The notes: a model not told the origin generated them from the sequence alone. 32,000 nt of DNA from Candidatus Arthromitus sp. SFB-mouse-Japan (GCF_000270205.1 NC_015913.1:690001-722000); one strand, 5' to 3'. Numbered from the stretch's first letter, positions 8,991-18,816 are shown. Made by a program: numbers and translations.

Positions 8991-9030
8991 GTCACACAAA
9001 AAATTTTTTTGTGTGACCTTTTTTGTTTTT
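8991..9030 (+). terminator. Rho-independent terminator of the phn-nucleotidase operon
   Basis: Stem GTCACACAAAAAA / TTTTTTGTGTGAC (8991-9017) followed by CTTTTTTGTTTTT. Confidence 0.85.
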
Positions 9031-9174
9031 AAATATTTTAGTTAACTTATTGTTTATATCAGGTGATTATAGTTGATTAATTAGCAAATACTTAAAAAAA
9101 ACTTTAAATATTTATGAAAATCTAAAATTTTCGAAGGAAATAGCATGGAAATTTACTAATTAGATTAATACATC

Positions 9175-9203
9175 TTGATTAGTAAGTTTATAAAGTGTAA
9201 TAT
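9175..9203 (+). promoter_or_regulatory. Candidate sigma-A promoter for the aldo/keto reductase-DUF871 operon
   Basis: TTGATT (9175-9180), a 17-nt spacer, then TAATAT (9198-9203), about 33 nt upstream of the start codon. An 8-bp inverted repeat TTACTAAT (9153-9160) / ATTAGTAA (9178-9185) overlaps the -35. This is a sequence match only. Confidence 0.35.
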
Positions 9204-9235
9204 ATACTTGTCTAATATGTAAAAGGAGGCGTACG

Positions 9236-10087
9236 GTGATGATAGGTTCTTTAGGAAGTAAACTTAAGTTTAACAATGGAATTGAAATTCCTGCATTTGG
9301 TTTAGGTGTATATAAGGTTCCAGATAATGAATGTATAAATCTTGTCAAAGGTGCAATCAAGAATGGATATCGTCTGATTGATACAGCTTCATTTTATGAT
9401 AATGAGGTGGGTACGGGTAAAGGTGTTCATGAAGGAATTAAAGAAGTAGGTTTAAAAAGAGAAGATATTTTTGTTACTACGAAAGTTTGGAATGCTGGAC
9501 TTTCTTATGAACAAACTATGGATTCTTTTAATCAAAGTATGAACAAGCTTAAACTTGATTACTTGGATTTATACTTAATACACTGGCCAGGTAATCCATA
9601 TTCTTTTCAGGAACCATGGAGAGCTTTGGAAGATTTATATTTTCAAGGCAAAGTTAAATCTATAGGTGTTTGTAATTTTAATGAAGAACATTTTGAAAAT
9701 CTTATGACATTCGCCAAGGTTAAACCAGTGCTGAATCAAATTGAAATTCATCCAAAATTAACTCAAGAAGCTTTAAGAAAATATTGTAAAGATCATGATA
9801 TATTAGTTCAAGCATGGTCACCTCTTATGAGAGGTCAGGTATTTACAGATGATGTGATTGTAGAACTTTCAGAAAAGTATAGAAAAACTCCGGCACAAAT
9901 AATTCTTCGTTGGCATTTACAACAAGATATTCTAGTTATATTTAAGTCTTCTAATATGGAAAGGATTATAAGTAATGCTGATATTTTTGACTTTAAAATC
10001 AGTCCCGAGGATATTAATAAAATATCATCATTGAATGAAGATTTAAGAACAGGACCTGATCCTAAAGTTTTCAACTTTGTAAAATAG
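9236..10087 (+). CDS. Aldo/keto reductase (YvgN/YtbE/2,5-diketo-D-gluconate reductase-like)
   Basis: AKR hallmarks ..GLGVYKV.., IDTASFYDNE, VTTKVWN, LDYLDLYLIHWP, IGVCNF and NQIEIHP. The SD GGAGG (9225-9229) serves GTG 9236 or ATG 9239; the choice of start is uncertain by one codon. Confidence 0.9.
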   Translation: MMIGSLGSKLKFNNGIEIPAFGLGVYKVPDNECINLVKGAIKNGYRLIDTASFYDNEVGTGKGVHEGIKEVGLKREDIFVTTKVWNAGLSYEQTMDSFNQSMNKLKLDYLDLYLIHWPGNPYSFQEPWRALEDLYFQGKVKSIGVCNFNEEHFENLMTFAKVKPVLNQIEIHPKLTQEALRKYCKDHDILVQAWSPLMRGQVFTDDVIVELSEKYRKTPAQIILRWHLQQDILVIFKSSNMERIISNADIFDFKISPEDINKISSLNEDLRTGPDPKVFNFVK

Positions 10088-10118
10088 GAGATTAGTGATT
10101 TAACAGGAGGATATTCTT

Positions 10119-11213
10119 ATGAAGAGGCTAGGAATCTCCATTTACCCCGAAAAAACTTCGAAAGAGGAATTGCTGGAATATATTGATAGAGCATCTTATG
10201 CTGGATTTTCGAGAATATTTTCTTGTTTACTTTCTGTGGTAGATGATAAAGAGAAGATAAAAAAAGATTTTACGTATATAAATGAGTTTGCAAAGTCTAA
10301 GGGTTTTGAAATTATCGTGGATGTAGCTCCAAGTGTTTTTTCTAAATTAGGAATTACATATAATGATTTGAAATTTTTCAAAGAAATTCAAGCGGATGGT
10401 TTTAGATTGGATGAGGGGTTTACAGGAAACGAAGAGGCGTTAATGACCTTTAATGAGTATAATTTAAAAGTTGAAATAAATGCAAGTATTAATGTTCATA
10501 CTATAGATACAATTATGGATTATTATCCTAACAAATATAATTTGTATGGATGTCATAATTTTTATCCTCACGCTTACTCGGGTTTGGCTCTTGATTATTT
10601 CGATGAATGCACAGATAGATTTAAAAGATACGGATTAAGAACGGCTGCTTTTGTTACGAGTCAGAATCAAAATACATTTGGACCATGGCCTGTTACTCAA
10701 GGATTGGTTACCCTTGAGATGCATAGAAATTTATCATTACTGACACAGGTTAAACATTATTTATCTATGGGAAATATTGATGACATCATAATATCCAACT
10801 GTTATCCATCGGATGATGAATTAGAGCAATTTAAGGATTTAGACCTTAGGTTCGTGACTTTTGATGTGACTGTGGAAGATGGGGTGCCTGAACTTCAACG
10901 TAGAGTTATGTTTGAAGAATTGCACATTAACAGAGGGGATGTTAATTCTAACATGATCCGATCAACTCAGCCTCGGATTAAATATAAAGGAAATAAATTT
11001 GAATTATTTAATGTCCCAGAGATAATTAAACGTGGAGATATTGTAATAGAAAGTAGTGAATATGGTCATTATGCAGGAGAGTTGCAAATTGCAAAAAAAG
11101 ATATGAAGAATACAGGATTTTCAAATGTTGTTGGGAAAATAACAGAAGAAGAATTATTCATATTAGATTATTTGAAGCCTTGGCAGAAATTTAAATTAAA
11201 AATTAGTGGTTGA
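10119..11213 (+). CDS. DUF871 family protein (MupG-like putative 6-phospho-glycosidase)
   Basis: The N-terminus MKRLGISIYPEKTS.., ..GFSRIFSCLLSV.. and ..GFRLDEGF.. match my memory of the DUF871/MupG family. The SD AGGAGG lies 8 nt upstream, 31 nt after the AKR stop, so the two genes form an operon. The family assignment was not verified by search. Confidence 0.65.
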   Translation: MKRLGISIYPEKTSKEELLEYIDRASYAGFSRIFSCLLSVVDDKEKIKKDFTYINEFAKSKGFEIIVDVAPSVFSKLGITYNDLKFFKEIQADGFRLDEGFTGNEEALMTFNEYNLKVEINASINVHTIDTIMDYYPNKYNLYGCHNFYPHAYSGLALDYFDECTDRFKRYGLRTAAFVTSQNQNTFGPWPVTQGLVTLEMHRNLSLLTQVKHYLSMGNIDDIIISNCYPSDDELEQFKDLDLRFVTFDVTVEDGVPELQRRVMFEELHINRGDVNSNMIRSTQPRIKYKGNKFELFNVPEIIKRGDIVIESSEYGHYAGELQIAKKDMKNTGFSNVVGKITEEELFILDYLKPWQKFKLKISG

Positions 11214-11380
11214 TAAATGATTGTATAAAATAGGTTTGTAAAATAATGTGTATGTCTAATATATAGATTAGCTATTAAAAAATTATTAGAGAAAGTATAT
11301 TAAGATAAAAAAGGTTAGACTAAGGTTATAAGAGATTATAGAATGATAAATTTAAACTAAAAAATTAATTCTAATGAGGG

Positions 11381-11412
11381 AGAAAGCCTAAGATTTAAAT
11401 CTTAGGCTTTCT
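11381..11412. terminator. Stem-loop terminator shared by the convergent DUF871 gene and fruA
   Basis: Perfect 14-bp stem AGAAAGCCTAAGAT / ATCTTAGGCTTTCT with loop TTAA. The right arm contains the last codons and the stop of fruA. A T-rich run follows on the + strand. Confidence 0.8.
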
Positions 11413-13294
11413 TTATTTTATTATTCATGTTTTTTGTTAACATTCCAAGTATCAAAGCTCCAATAATTGATCCAATAAGTATTGATACTAAATACATTAT
11501 CCAATTTTCAACAATTGGAAATACAAATATTCCTCCATGTGGTGCTCTAAGCGTGCAATTAAAGATCATTGATAAAGCTCCAGTAATTGCAGATCCTATA
11601 ACACAAGACGGTATAACTTTAAGTGGATTAGCTGCAGCAAAAGGAATTGCTCCCTCTGTGATAAAGGATAATCCCATTATATAGTTAACTTTTCCTGCAT
11701 TGACTTCTTCTTTAGTGAAATTATTTTTAAATAAAGTTGTGGCAATAGCTATTACTAGAGGAGGAACCATTCCGCCAGCCATAACTGCAGCCATTACATA
11801 GAAGTTTCCAGATTCAATTGATGCAATACCAAATACGTATGCAGCTTTATTAATAGGGCCTCCCATATCTATTGCCATCATGGCTGCAACTATAGTTCCC
11901 AATAAGATTTTTGAGTTAGTTCCTAAATTTGATAAAAATGTAATAAGTGAATTATTTAGAAATGTAATTGGTGGATTAAATACAAATGTCATTATAATGC
12001 TTATTAATAACGTTCCAAACAGTGGGTACAGGAGTACTGGCTTGATTCCTTCGAGTGATTTTGGTAAAAATGAAAAGATTTTTCTAAGTGCAATAACTAA
12101 GTATCCAGCAAGGAATCCGGCAATTAGTGCTCCTAAAAATCCAGCACCGCTAGTTTTTGCTAAAATTCCTCCAACAAAACCAACAACCATAGCAGGCCTG
12201 TCAGCAATACCTACAGCAATAAATCCAGCAAGTACTGGCAATAAAAATTCAAATGCTATGTCACCAGTTGTTTTAAGAAATTTTGATAGAGGAGTATTTG
12301 ATCCAAAATTTTCAGGATTTATTTCGTAATTATCGAATAAGAATGCGAGTGCAATTAAAATCCCACCAGCAACAACAAATGGTAGCATATGAGATACGCC
12401 ATTCATTAAACTCTTGTAAATTTTACGTCCTGCATTTTCTTCAAAGCTTTCATCATTTCTATTATTTATTCCAGAATTATAAGTTGGAGCATCTCCAGAA
12501 ATGGCACGTCTAATTAATTCTTCTGGCTTATGTATTCCATCTGCAACTTTAGTTTGAATAACTTTCTTACCATTGAATCTTTCCATTTCAATTTTCTTAT
12601 CTGCTGCTACTATTATTGCATTACAATTGTCAATTTCATCTCTTTTTAATGCATTTTTGATTCCAGAAGAACCATTTGTTTCAACTTTGATACTAACACC
12701 CATTTCACGAGCTTTATTTATTAAAGATTCGGCTGCCATAAAAGTATGAGCTATTCCTGTTGGACACGCTGTAACAGCAAGCACTTTTGGAAAGGGTGAA
12801 TCTTGGTTAGATGTATCATTTTCTTCAGCCCCAAATTTTTCGTTTTCCTTTTTGTCTATAAGAGATATAAAATCTCCAGGAGATTTTGCACTAATTAGAG
12901 ATTTGCGAAAATTTTCATCCATTAGTAGAGTAGATAGTCTTGCAAGTACATCTAAATGGATATTGTTAGCTCCTTCTGGAGCACCAATCATAAAGAATAA
13001 TTGGGCATCAGAACCATCTAGGGATTCATAATTGATCCCATTTTTACTAACACCAGCAGAAAGACAAGCATTTTTGACAGCTGATGTTTTAGCATGAGGT
13101 ATTGCAATACCTTCTCCTATTCCTGTTGTGCCTTGATTTTCACGTTTTAAAATTTCTTCTTTATATAATTTTTTATCAGATATATTTCCACTCTTTTCGA
13201 TTAGATCTACCAGTTCATTAATCACATCTAGTTTATTTTTTGAACTTAAATTTAAACTTATTGAATTTAAATCTAATAAGTCAATAATTTTCAT
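11402..13294 (-). CDS. fruA: PTS fructose-specific EIIABC component
   Basis: 630 aa. The N-terminal EIIA (type 2) has the His motif GIAIPHAKT, the EIIB has the Cys motif AVTACPTGIAHTFMAAE, and a C-terminal multi-pass EIIC follows. The SD GGGGG lies upstream, 19 nt downstream of fruK. Confidence 0.93.
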   Translation of the reverse strand: MKIIDLLDLNSISLNLSSKNKLDVINELVDLIEKSGNISDKKLYKEEILKRENQGTTGIGEGIAIPHAKTSAVKNACLSAGVSKNGINYESLDGSDAQLFFMIGAPEGANNIHLDVLARLSTLLMDENFRKSLISAKSPGDFISLIDKKENEKFGAEENDTSNQDSPFPKVLAVTACPTGIAHTFMAAESLINKAREMGVSIKVETNGSSGIKNALKRDEIDNCNAIIVAADKKIEMERFNGKKVIQTKVADGIHKPEELIRRAISGDAPTYNSGINNRNDESFEENAGRKIYKSLMNGVSHMLPFVVAGGILIALAFLFDNYEINPENFGSNTPLSKFLKTTGDIAFEFLLPVLAGFIAVGIADRPAMVVGFVGGILAKTSGAGFLGALIAGFLAGYLVIALRKIFSFLPKSLEGIKPVLLYPLFGTLLISIIMTFVFNPPITFLNNSLITFLSNLGTNSKILLGTIVAAMMAIDMGGPINKAAYVFGIASIESGNFYVMAAVMAGGMVPPLVIAIATTLFKNNFTKEEVNAGKVNYIMGLSFITEGAIPFAAANPLKVIPSCVIGSAITGALSMIFNCTLRAPHGGIFVFPIVENWIMYLVSILIGSIIGALILGMLTKNMNNKIKKA

Positions 13295-13313
13295 AAATTA
13301 TTACCCCCAATTG

Positions 13314-14234
13314 TTATAATTTTTTGATTTGTATTTGGTTTACTAAAAGATTAATTAGGGATATTTTGCCCAAATTATCTGAAAATGCAGTGGCACTTCC
13401 ACTAGCAGCTCCAAGTTTTAAAGCCTGAGTATAATCGTTTGTTTTTAAATATCCAGCAATGAATCCAGCAACCATTGAATCTCCAGATCCTACTGAATTT
13501 TTCAAAACACCATTAGGTATGTTGCTTAAATAGATTTCATTAAATTCATTTATTAAAATTGCTCCATCTTTCCCCATTGATATAAGAACGTTTATAGCTC
13601 CCATTTTTTTAAGTTTTTTTCCGCACTCAATTAAATCTTCAATAGTAGGATCAGATAAATTAAATATTTCCATTACTTCATGATTGTTTGGTTTTATCAA
13701 AAAGGGTTTATACTTAAGTACGTTAAGTAACAAATTCTTTCTAGCATCAACAATCACTTTTATGTTTTTGGATTTAATTCTCTCTATGATATCTTCATAG
13801 AAGTTGTCTGATAGTGAATTTGGGATACTACCTGACAATACAATGATATCACTATCACTAATTGCATCAATTTTACTATTCAAAAGTTGAACATGAGAGT
13901 CTGATATTCTAGGTCCCAAACCGTTAATTTCAGTTTCAGTTTCTCCGATTTTCATTTTGATATTGATACGTGAAAAGTTATTTTCAACGCTTATAAAGTC
14001 AGTTAAGATATTGTCATTATTAAGAGATTCTTCAACAAATTTTCCTGTAAAACCACTAATGAAACCTAATGTCTTACTTTTAATGCCGTGTTCGCTTAGA
14101 ATTTTTGATACGTTTATTCCTTTTCCTCCAATGTAGACATCATTAGAATTTACTACGTTTATGCAATTTTCATTTAATTTTTCTAAATTTATTACGTAGT
14201 CAATAGAAGGATTTAGTGTAACAGTGTAAATCAT
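13314..14234 (-). CDS. fruK: 1-phosphofructokinase (PfkB family)
   Basis: MIYTVTLNPSIDY.., GGKGINVS and ..GSGDSMVAGF.. are typical of FruK. The SD AAGGAGG lies upstream and the gene sits directly upstream of fruA. Confidence 0.93.
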   Translation of the reverse strand: MIYTVTLNPSIDYVINLEKLNENCINVVNSNDVYIGGKGINVSKILSEHGIKSKTLGFISGFTGKFVEESLNNDNILTDFISVENNFSRINIKMKIGETETEINGLGPRISDSHVQLLNSKIDAISDSDIIVLSGSIPNSLSDNFYEDIIERIKSKNIKVIVDARKNLLLNVLKYKPFLIKPNNHEVMEIFNLSDPTIEDLIECGKKLKKMGAINVLISMGKDGAILINEFNEIYLSNIPNGVLKNSVGSGDSMVAGFIAGYLKTNDYTQALKLGAASGSATAFSDNLGKISLINLLVNQIQIKKL

Positions 14235-14432
14235 TTTATTTAAAATGCCTCCTTTAGATATTTTTTTATTTATTGATAAACTTATACACTTATCGATTAT
14301 AGTAGTAAATTTAAATAAAATAAATATATAAAGTAGTTAATTTTGTATTTTTAATCTCAAGAGTTGTTATGATTATGATATAATTAATTTAAAAAGTTTT
14401 TAAGATTAGGAGATAATAATTTAAGAAAAATT

Positions 14433-14882
14433 ATGGGTGGTTATAGAAGTAAATCAAGGGAATTACTTTTGCAAATTATATTTTGTTTAAATTTTAATAA
14501 GGTTAATCAGGGATATAAAGAATTTATAAATGATTTTGAGAAAGAATTTAAAGAAAATGATTCTGATATCGAAATGAGGTTCCTAAATAAAGATTATTGT
14601 TTGAATGTTTTGAATGGAATAAATATTCATAAAGATGAAATTGATGATCTTATACAGAAAAATTTGAAGCGCTGGAAAATAAATAGAATATCAAAAGTAG
14701 ATTTATCGATTCTTAGATTAGCTGTTTACGAAATGTGTTTTGATGAATTGCCTCCGAATATTGCAATAAATGAGGCGTTAAATCTTACCAAAAAATATAG
14801 TATAGATAGATCTAAGGGGTATATTAATGGGGTTTTGGATTCCATTAAAAGATTTAGAGAGGGCAATTTAAATGAAACTTAA
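14433..14882 (+). CDS. nusB: Transcription antitermination factor NusB
   Basis: 149 aa with ..SRELLLQIIF.. and ..RISKVDLSILRLAVYEM..NEALNLTKKYS....YINGVLD, the NusB fold signature. It is followed by xseA as in other Firmicutes. Confidence 0.9.
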   Translation: MGGYRSKSRELLLQIIFCLNFNKVNQGYKEFINDFEKEFKENDSDIEMRFLNKDYCLNVLNGINIHKDEIDDLIQKNLKRWKINRISKVDLSILRLAVYEMCFDELPPNIAINEALNLTKKYSIDRSKGYINGVLDSIKRFREGNLNET

Positions 14883-16077
14883 AAAATTTACTGTCTCATC
14901 TCTAACAAATTACATAAAAGTTAGTCTTGAAAGTGATATTCTTCTTTCAAACATAAATGTAAGTGGCGAAGTTTCAAATTTTAAAAAGCATTCTAACGGG
15001 AACATATATTTTTCTCTTAAAGACGATGTATGTAAGATTAATTGTGTGATATTTACAAAATATATGGATGAAATGGATATTGTTGATTTTAAAGATGGAG
15101 AAAAGATTGATGTTTTAGGAAAGATATCTGTGTACAGTAAAGAGGGATCGTATCAAATAATCTGTTATATGGTAGAGAAGCAAGGCGTTGGGGATTTACA
15201 TAAAGAATTTGAAAAATTAAAGGATAAACTTAGGGAGAAGGGATACTTCGATGAATCAAATAAGAAACAAATCCCTTCTTTTTCATTTAATATAGGAGTT
15301 ATTACTTCAAAGACTGGAGCAGTAATACAAGATATTTTAAATGTGGCGAAGAGAAAGAACCCTTTTGTTAACATAAAAATTTTTGATTCCCTCGTGCAGG
15401 GTATAGATGCATACAAAGATATAATACAAGGCATTAGGTATTTTAATATAGAAAATAATGTCGATGTGATAATAATCGCAAGAGGTGGAGGATCCATTGA
15501 AGATCTTTGGACTTTTAATAATGAAATTTTAGCTGAAGAAATTTATAAATCAAAAATACCAATAGTGAGTGGTGTTGGTCATGAAACAGATTTTACTATT
15601 TGCGATTTCGTTAGTGATTTGAGGGCATCTACGCCTACGGCATCTGCAGACATATGTATACATGATATGGATTCTATTTTGTTTTTGATTGATAGTGCTA
15701 GAGATAGTTTAAATAAAAACATGGATAGAGTAATCAGTAATTTTAAAAATAGAGTTTATGAATATAAAATGTATATAAGTTCCTATTCGCCTAAGAAAAT
15801 TTTAAATGAAAAATCAATTAAAATTAATAATGTAGCACTATATTTAAATGGGAAAATGAAGGATTTGATTTTTGAATTTAAAGATCGACTTAATGAATTA
15901 AGATTAAAACTTGAAAAAAATGATATAAATCAAATACTTGATAAAGGATTTGTTTTGGTTTGTGATGAGGATTTAAATATAATAAAAGATCCTAAAAAGA
16001 TGAATAGAGAGAGTGATATTTCACTCATGTTTAAAAATGAAACTATAAGAGGGAAATTTATTAAAAAGGAGGTTTAG
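14872..16077 (+). CDS. xseA: Exodeoxyribonuclease VII large subunit
   Basis: 401 aa with an N-terminal OB-fold region (..VSGEVSNFKKHSNGNIYFSLKD..) and the core GVITSKTGAVIQDI, IIARGGGSIEDLW and GVGHETD. It overlaps the nusB end by 11 nt. Confidence 0.93.
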   Translation: MKLKKFTVSSLTNYIKVSLESDILLSNINVSGEVSNFKKHSNGNIYFSLKDDVCKINCVIFTKYMDEMDIVDFKDGEKIDVLGKISVYSKEGSYQIICYMVEKQGVGDLHKEFEKLKDKLREKGYFDESNKKQIPSFSFNIGVITSKTGAVIQDILNVAKRKNPFVNIKIFDSLVQGIDAYKDIIQGIRYFNIENNVDVIIIARGGGSIEDLWTFNNEILAEEIYKSKIPIVSGVGHETDFTICDFVSDLRASTPTASADICIHDMDSILFLIDSARDSLNKNMDRVISNFKNRVYEYKMYISSYSPKKILNEKSIKINNVALYLNGKMKDLIFEFKDRLNELRLKLEKNDINQILDKGFVLVCDEDLNIIKDPKKMNRESDISLMFKNETIRGKFIKKEV

Positions 16078-16081
16078 ATGA

Positions 16082-16279
16082 TTGAATAATATGACATTTG
16101 AACAGAAGATGGGATTACTTGATAAAATTGTAAAGGAACTTGATAAAGGTAATTTATCCATAGAAAAGATTTTTGAGAAATATAAAGATGGAATTGAATT
16201 ATGCAATGAACTTAATGGTTTTATAAAGGAATTAGAAGGTAAGGTTGAGTATATAGAATCATCCTTAAAGGGAGATTAA
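16082..16279 (+). CDS. xseB: Exodeoxyribonuclease VII small subunit
   Basis: About 62-65 aa helical protein (..FEQKMGLLDKIVKELDKGNLSIEKIFEKYKDGIELC..) immediately after xseA. The start is either TTG 16082 (9 nt after GGAGG) or ATG 16091. Confidence 0.85.
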   Translation: MNNMTFEQKMGLLDKIVKELDKGNLSIEKIFEKYKDGIELCNELNGFIKELEGKVEYIESSLKGD

Positions 16280-16283
16280 TATT

Positions 16284-17153
16284 ATGAAGTTTGATTATTT
16301 AAAACAAGAAGTTGATTATGAAATAAATAATTTGTTTTCAAATAAAGAGGGTTTAAATAAGATAATCTATGAATCTATGTCTTATAGTTTATCAATCGGG
16401 GGTAAGAGGGTTAGACCTATTTTATTTTTATATACATATTTGCTTTTTAAGGATAATTATAAGGATCTTATTCCATTTGCGTGTTATATAGAAATGATTC
16501 ATACATATTCACTAATACATGATGATTTGCCAAGTATGGATAATGATATGTTAAGGAGAGGTAATTTAACTAATCATGTGAAATTTAGTGAGTCCATTGC
16601 GTTATTATCTGGTGATGGTCTCTTGACTGAAGCTTTAAAAAATATGATTGAGTTTTCTATAAGGTATGGAATGAAGGCATTGTATGCAACTTTTGTAGTT
16701 GCTAAAAGTATTGATTGTGATGGAATGATTGGCGGACAAGTAGTAGATATTATAACAAAGAATAAAGAACTTAATGAATATACCCTAAAGTATATAAACA
16801 GAAATAAGACAGGAGCACTCATAAAGGCTTCTGTGTTATCTGCAGCTTATTTTGGTGATGCTAGAGATGAAGAAATTGTAAAATTATCCGAGTACGCTCA
16901 TTATATAGGTTTAACTTTTCAAATAATTGATGACATTTTAGATAAGACAAGCGATACTCAGACTCTTGGTAAAACTTCTAATATTGATAATCGAAATAAG
17001 AAGTTTACATACGTTGATTTGTATGGAATTGATGAGTGTAAAAAGATTTGTGAGGAGAATACGAATAAAGCTATAAATATACTTAATTCTTTAGATAAAG
17101 ATGTATCTAATTTAATTGATTTTACAAAATATATGTTGAATAGGAAGTTTTAA
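16284..17153 (+). CDS. ispA: Polyprenyl (farnesyl/geranylgeranyl) diphosphate synthase
   Basis: Two Asp-rich motifs, LIHDDLPSMDND and FQIIDDILD, with the expected position after xseB. Confidence 0.9.
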   Translation: MKFDYLKQEVDYEINNLFSNKEGLNKIIYESMSYSLSIGGKRVRPILFLYTYLLFKDNYKDLIPFACYIEMIHTYSLIHDDLPSMDNDMLRRGNLTNHVKFSESIALLSGDGLLTEALKNMIEFSIRYGMKALYATFVVAKSIDCDGMIGGQVVDIITKNKELNEYTLKYINRNKTGALIKASVLSAAYFGDARDEEIVKLSEYAHYIGLTFQIIDDILDKTSDTQTLGKTSNIDNRNKKFTYVDLYGIDECKKICEENTNKAINILNSLDKDVSNLIDFTKYMLNRKF

Positions 17154-17159
17154 TTATTT

Positions 17160-17981
17160 ATGGGTGAGAAAAAGAGATTAGATATTATCTTAGTTGAGAG
17201 AGGATTTTTTGACTCAAGGCAAGTATCTAGGACAAACATAATGTGTGGTAATGTTGTTGTTGATGGTATTAAAATAACTAAGGCTGGAGAAAAAGTTGAT
17301 TGTGACTTGAATATTGAAATACTTAAGCAAAAAGAAACAACTTATGTTAGTAGAGCAGGAGCGAAGTTAAAAAAGGCAATTGATGTATTTGGAATTAATT
17401 TAAGTGATAAAATATGTTTTGATATTGGTGCATCGACTGGTGGATTTACTGATTGTATGCTCCGTGAAGGTGCTTTTAAGGTTTTTGCTATTGATGTTGG
17501 GTATGGACAATTTGATTACAAACTTAGAACAGACGAGAGAGTTGTAGTGTTTGAAAGGATGAATGTTCGTTATGCAGATTCGGAGAATTTTCCAAATAAA
17601 GGGGATTTTGCATCAATTGATGTTTCATTTATTTCTTTAGAGAAAATATTAAATAAGGTTCGAAGTTTTTTAAAAGATAATGCACATATTGTTGCATTAA
17701 TAAAGCCGCAGTTTGAAGCTGGAAAAGGGAAAGTGAATAAAAAAGGAATAGTTAAAGATAAGGAAGTACATTTTGAGGTTATAGATAAAATTGTAAAGTT
17801 TGTTAGAGAAAACAATTTTGGAGTACTTGATTTAACATATTCACCCATAAAAGGTGGACATGGGAATATTGAATTTCTTGTATATCTAGGTGTTAAGAAT
17901 GCACATAGTAATACTGTGGTTGATAATGAATTTATTGAACGAGTTATAAATGAGGCACATATAGAGCAAAACTATAATTAA
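17160..17981 (+). CDS. tlyA: TlyA-family rRNA 2'-O-methyltransferase (hemolysin A-like)
   Basis: N-terminal S4-like RNA-binding region (KRLDIILVERGFFDSRQ) plus an FtsJ-type SAM motif DIGASTGGFTD. Confidence 0.9.
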   Translation: MGEKKRLDIILVERGFFDSRQVSRTNIMCGNVVVDGIKITKAGEKVDCDLNIEILKQKETTYVSRAGAKLKKAIDVFGINLSDKICFDIGASTGGFTDCMLREGAFKVFAIDVGYGQFDYKLRTDERVVVFERMNVRYADSENFPNKGDFASIDVSFISLEKILNKVRSFLKDNAHIVALIKPQFEAGKGKVNKKGIVKDKEVHFEVIDKIVKFVRENNFGVLDLTYSPIKGGHGNIEFLVYLGVKNAHSNTVVDNEFIERVINEAHIEQNYN

Positions 17982-17994
17982 GGAGAAATCTAAG

Positions 17995-18816
17995 ATGATA
18001 TTTGGTATATCAGTTAATACCTCTAAAAACAATTATGACAAGATTGTTAGTATGATAGAATTTGTACTGAAAGAGAAAATCGATAATTGTGAGGTTAGAA
18101 TATTTTTAGATGGAGCTAACCTAGAGAATGAAAAACATGAACTTTCATTTTTGTTTATAGTTGGTGGTGATGGAACAATTCTTAGGGTTGTGAAAATTAT
18201 AGATGCCTATGATCTCCCTCTAATTGGAGTTAATTATGGAACTTTAGGATTTATGGCAAGTATCGAGTTGAATGATATTGAAAGGGCAGTCGATCAGATA
18301 ACGAATAATGAATATTACATAGAAAAGAGATTGATGATAGAAACTTGTGTAGATGGATCTTATGATAAGGGATATATGGCTTTAAATGATATAGTTATAA
18401 CTAAATTGCCGCTATCAAGGTTATTAAAATTTAATATATTTATTGATGATAAATATTATGCTTCTTTTTATGGTGATGGAATGATAATTTCAACTCCTAC
18501 AGGCTCAACGGCATACTCTTTATCTGCTGGGGGGCCAATAGTTTCTCCAGATATTGAATCAATCATTATAACTCCAATATGTCCACATTCGCTGAATGCT
18601 AAAAGCTTAGTGATTAGTCCACGAAGTATTATAAATTTAGAAATTGATGGAGCAGATGATAATTTATATGTGATTATAGATGGACAAAATCAAGAGATGA
18701 AGATAGAAAATAAAATTCTTAAAATACAAAAATGTAAGAAATATTGTTCACTTGTTAGATTTAATTTTTATGATTATTATAGTGTTTTACGCGAGAAACT
18801 GATTAATAGGATTTAA
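17995..18816 (+). CDS. nadK: NAD kinase
   Basis: The GGDGT motif (VGGDGTILR), NDIVI and GDGMIISTPTGSTAYSLSAGGPIV. Confidence 0.93.
   Translation: MIFGISVNTSKNNYDKIVSMIEFVLKEKIDNCEVRIFLDGANLENEKHELSFLFIVGGDGTILRVVKIIDAYDLPLIGVNYGTLGFMASIELNDIERAVDQITNNEYYIEKRLMIETCVDGSYDKGYMALNDIVITKLPLSRLLKFNIFIDDKYYASFYGDGMIISTPTGSTAYSLSAGGPIVSPDIESIIITPICPHSLNAKSLVISPRSIINLEIDGADDNLYVIIDGQNQEMKIENKILKIQKCKKYCSLVRFNFYDYYSVLREKLINRI

Noticed and set aside
11427-12513. Three plus-strand ORFs (85, 149 and 76 aa) inside fruA
   Set aside because: They are antisense to a clearly recognisable PTS EIIABC gene. They show no start signals and no recognisable motifs.
14235-14432. cre (CcpA) site or FruR operator upstream of fruK
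   Set aside because: The only CG-containing candidate (TATAATCGATAAGT on the minus strand, around 14288-14301) misses the critical G and C positions of the consensus WTGNAANCGNWNNCW. It more likely just contains a -10-like TATAAT.
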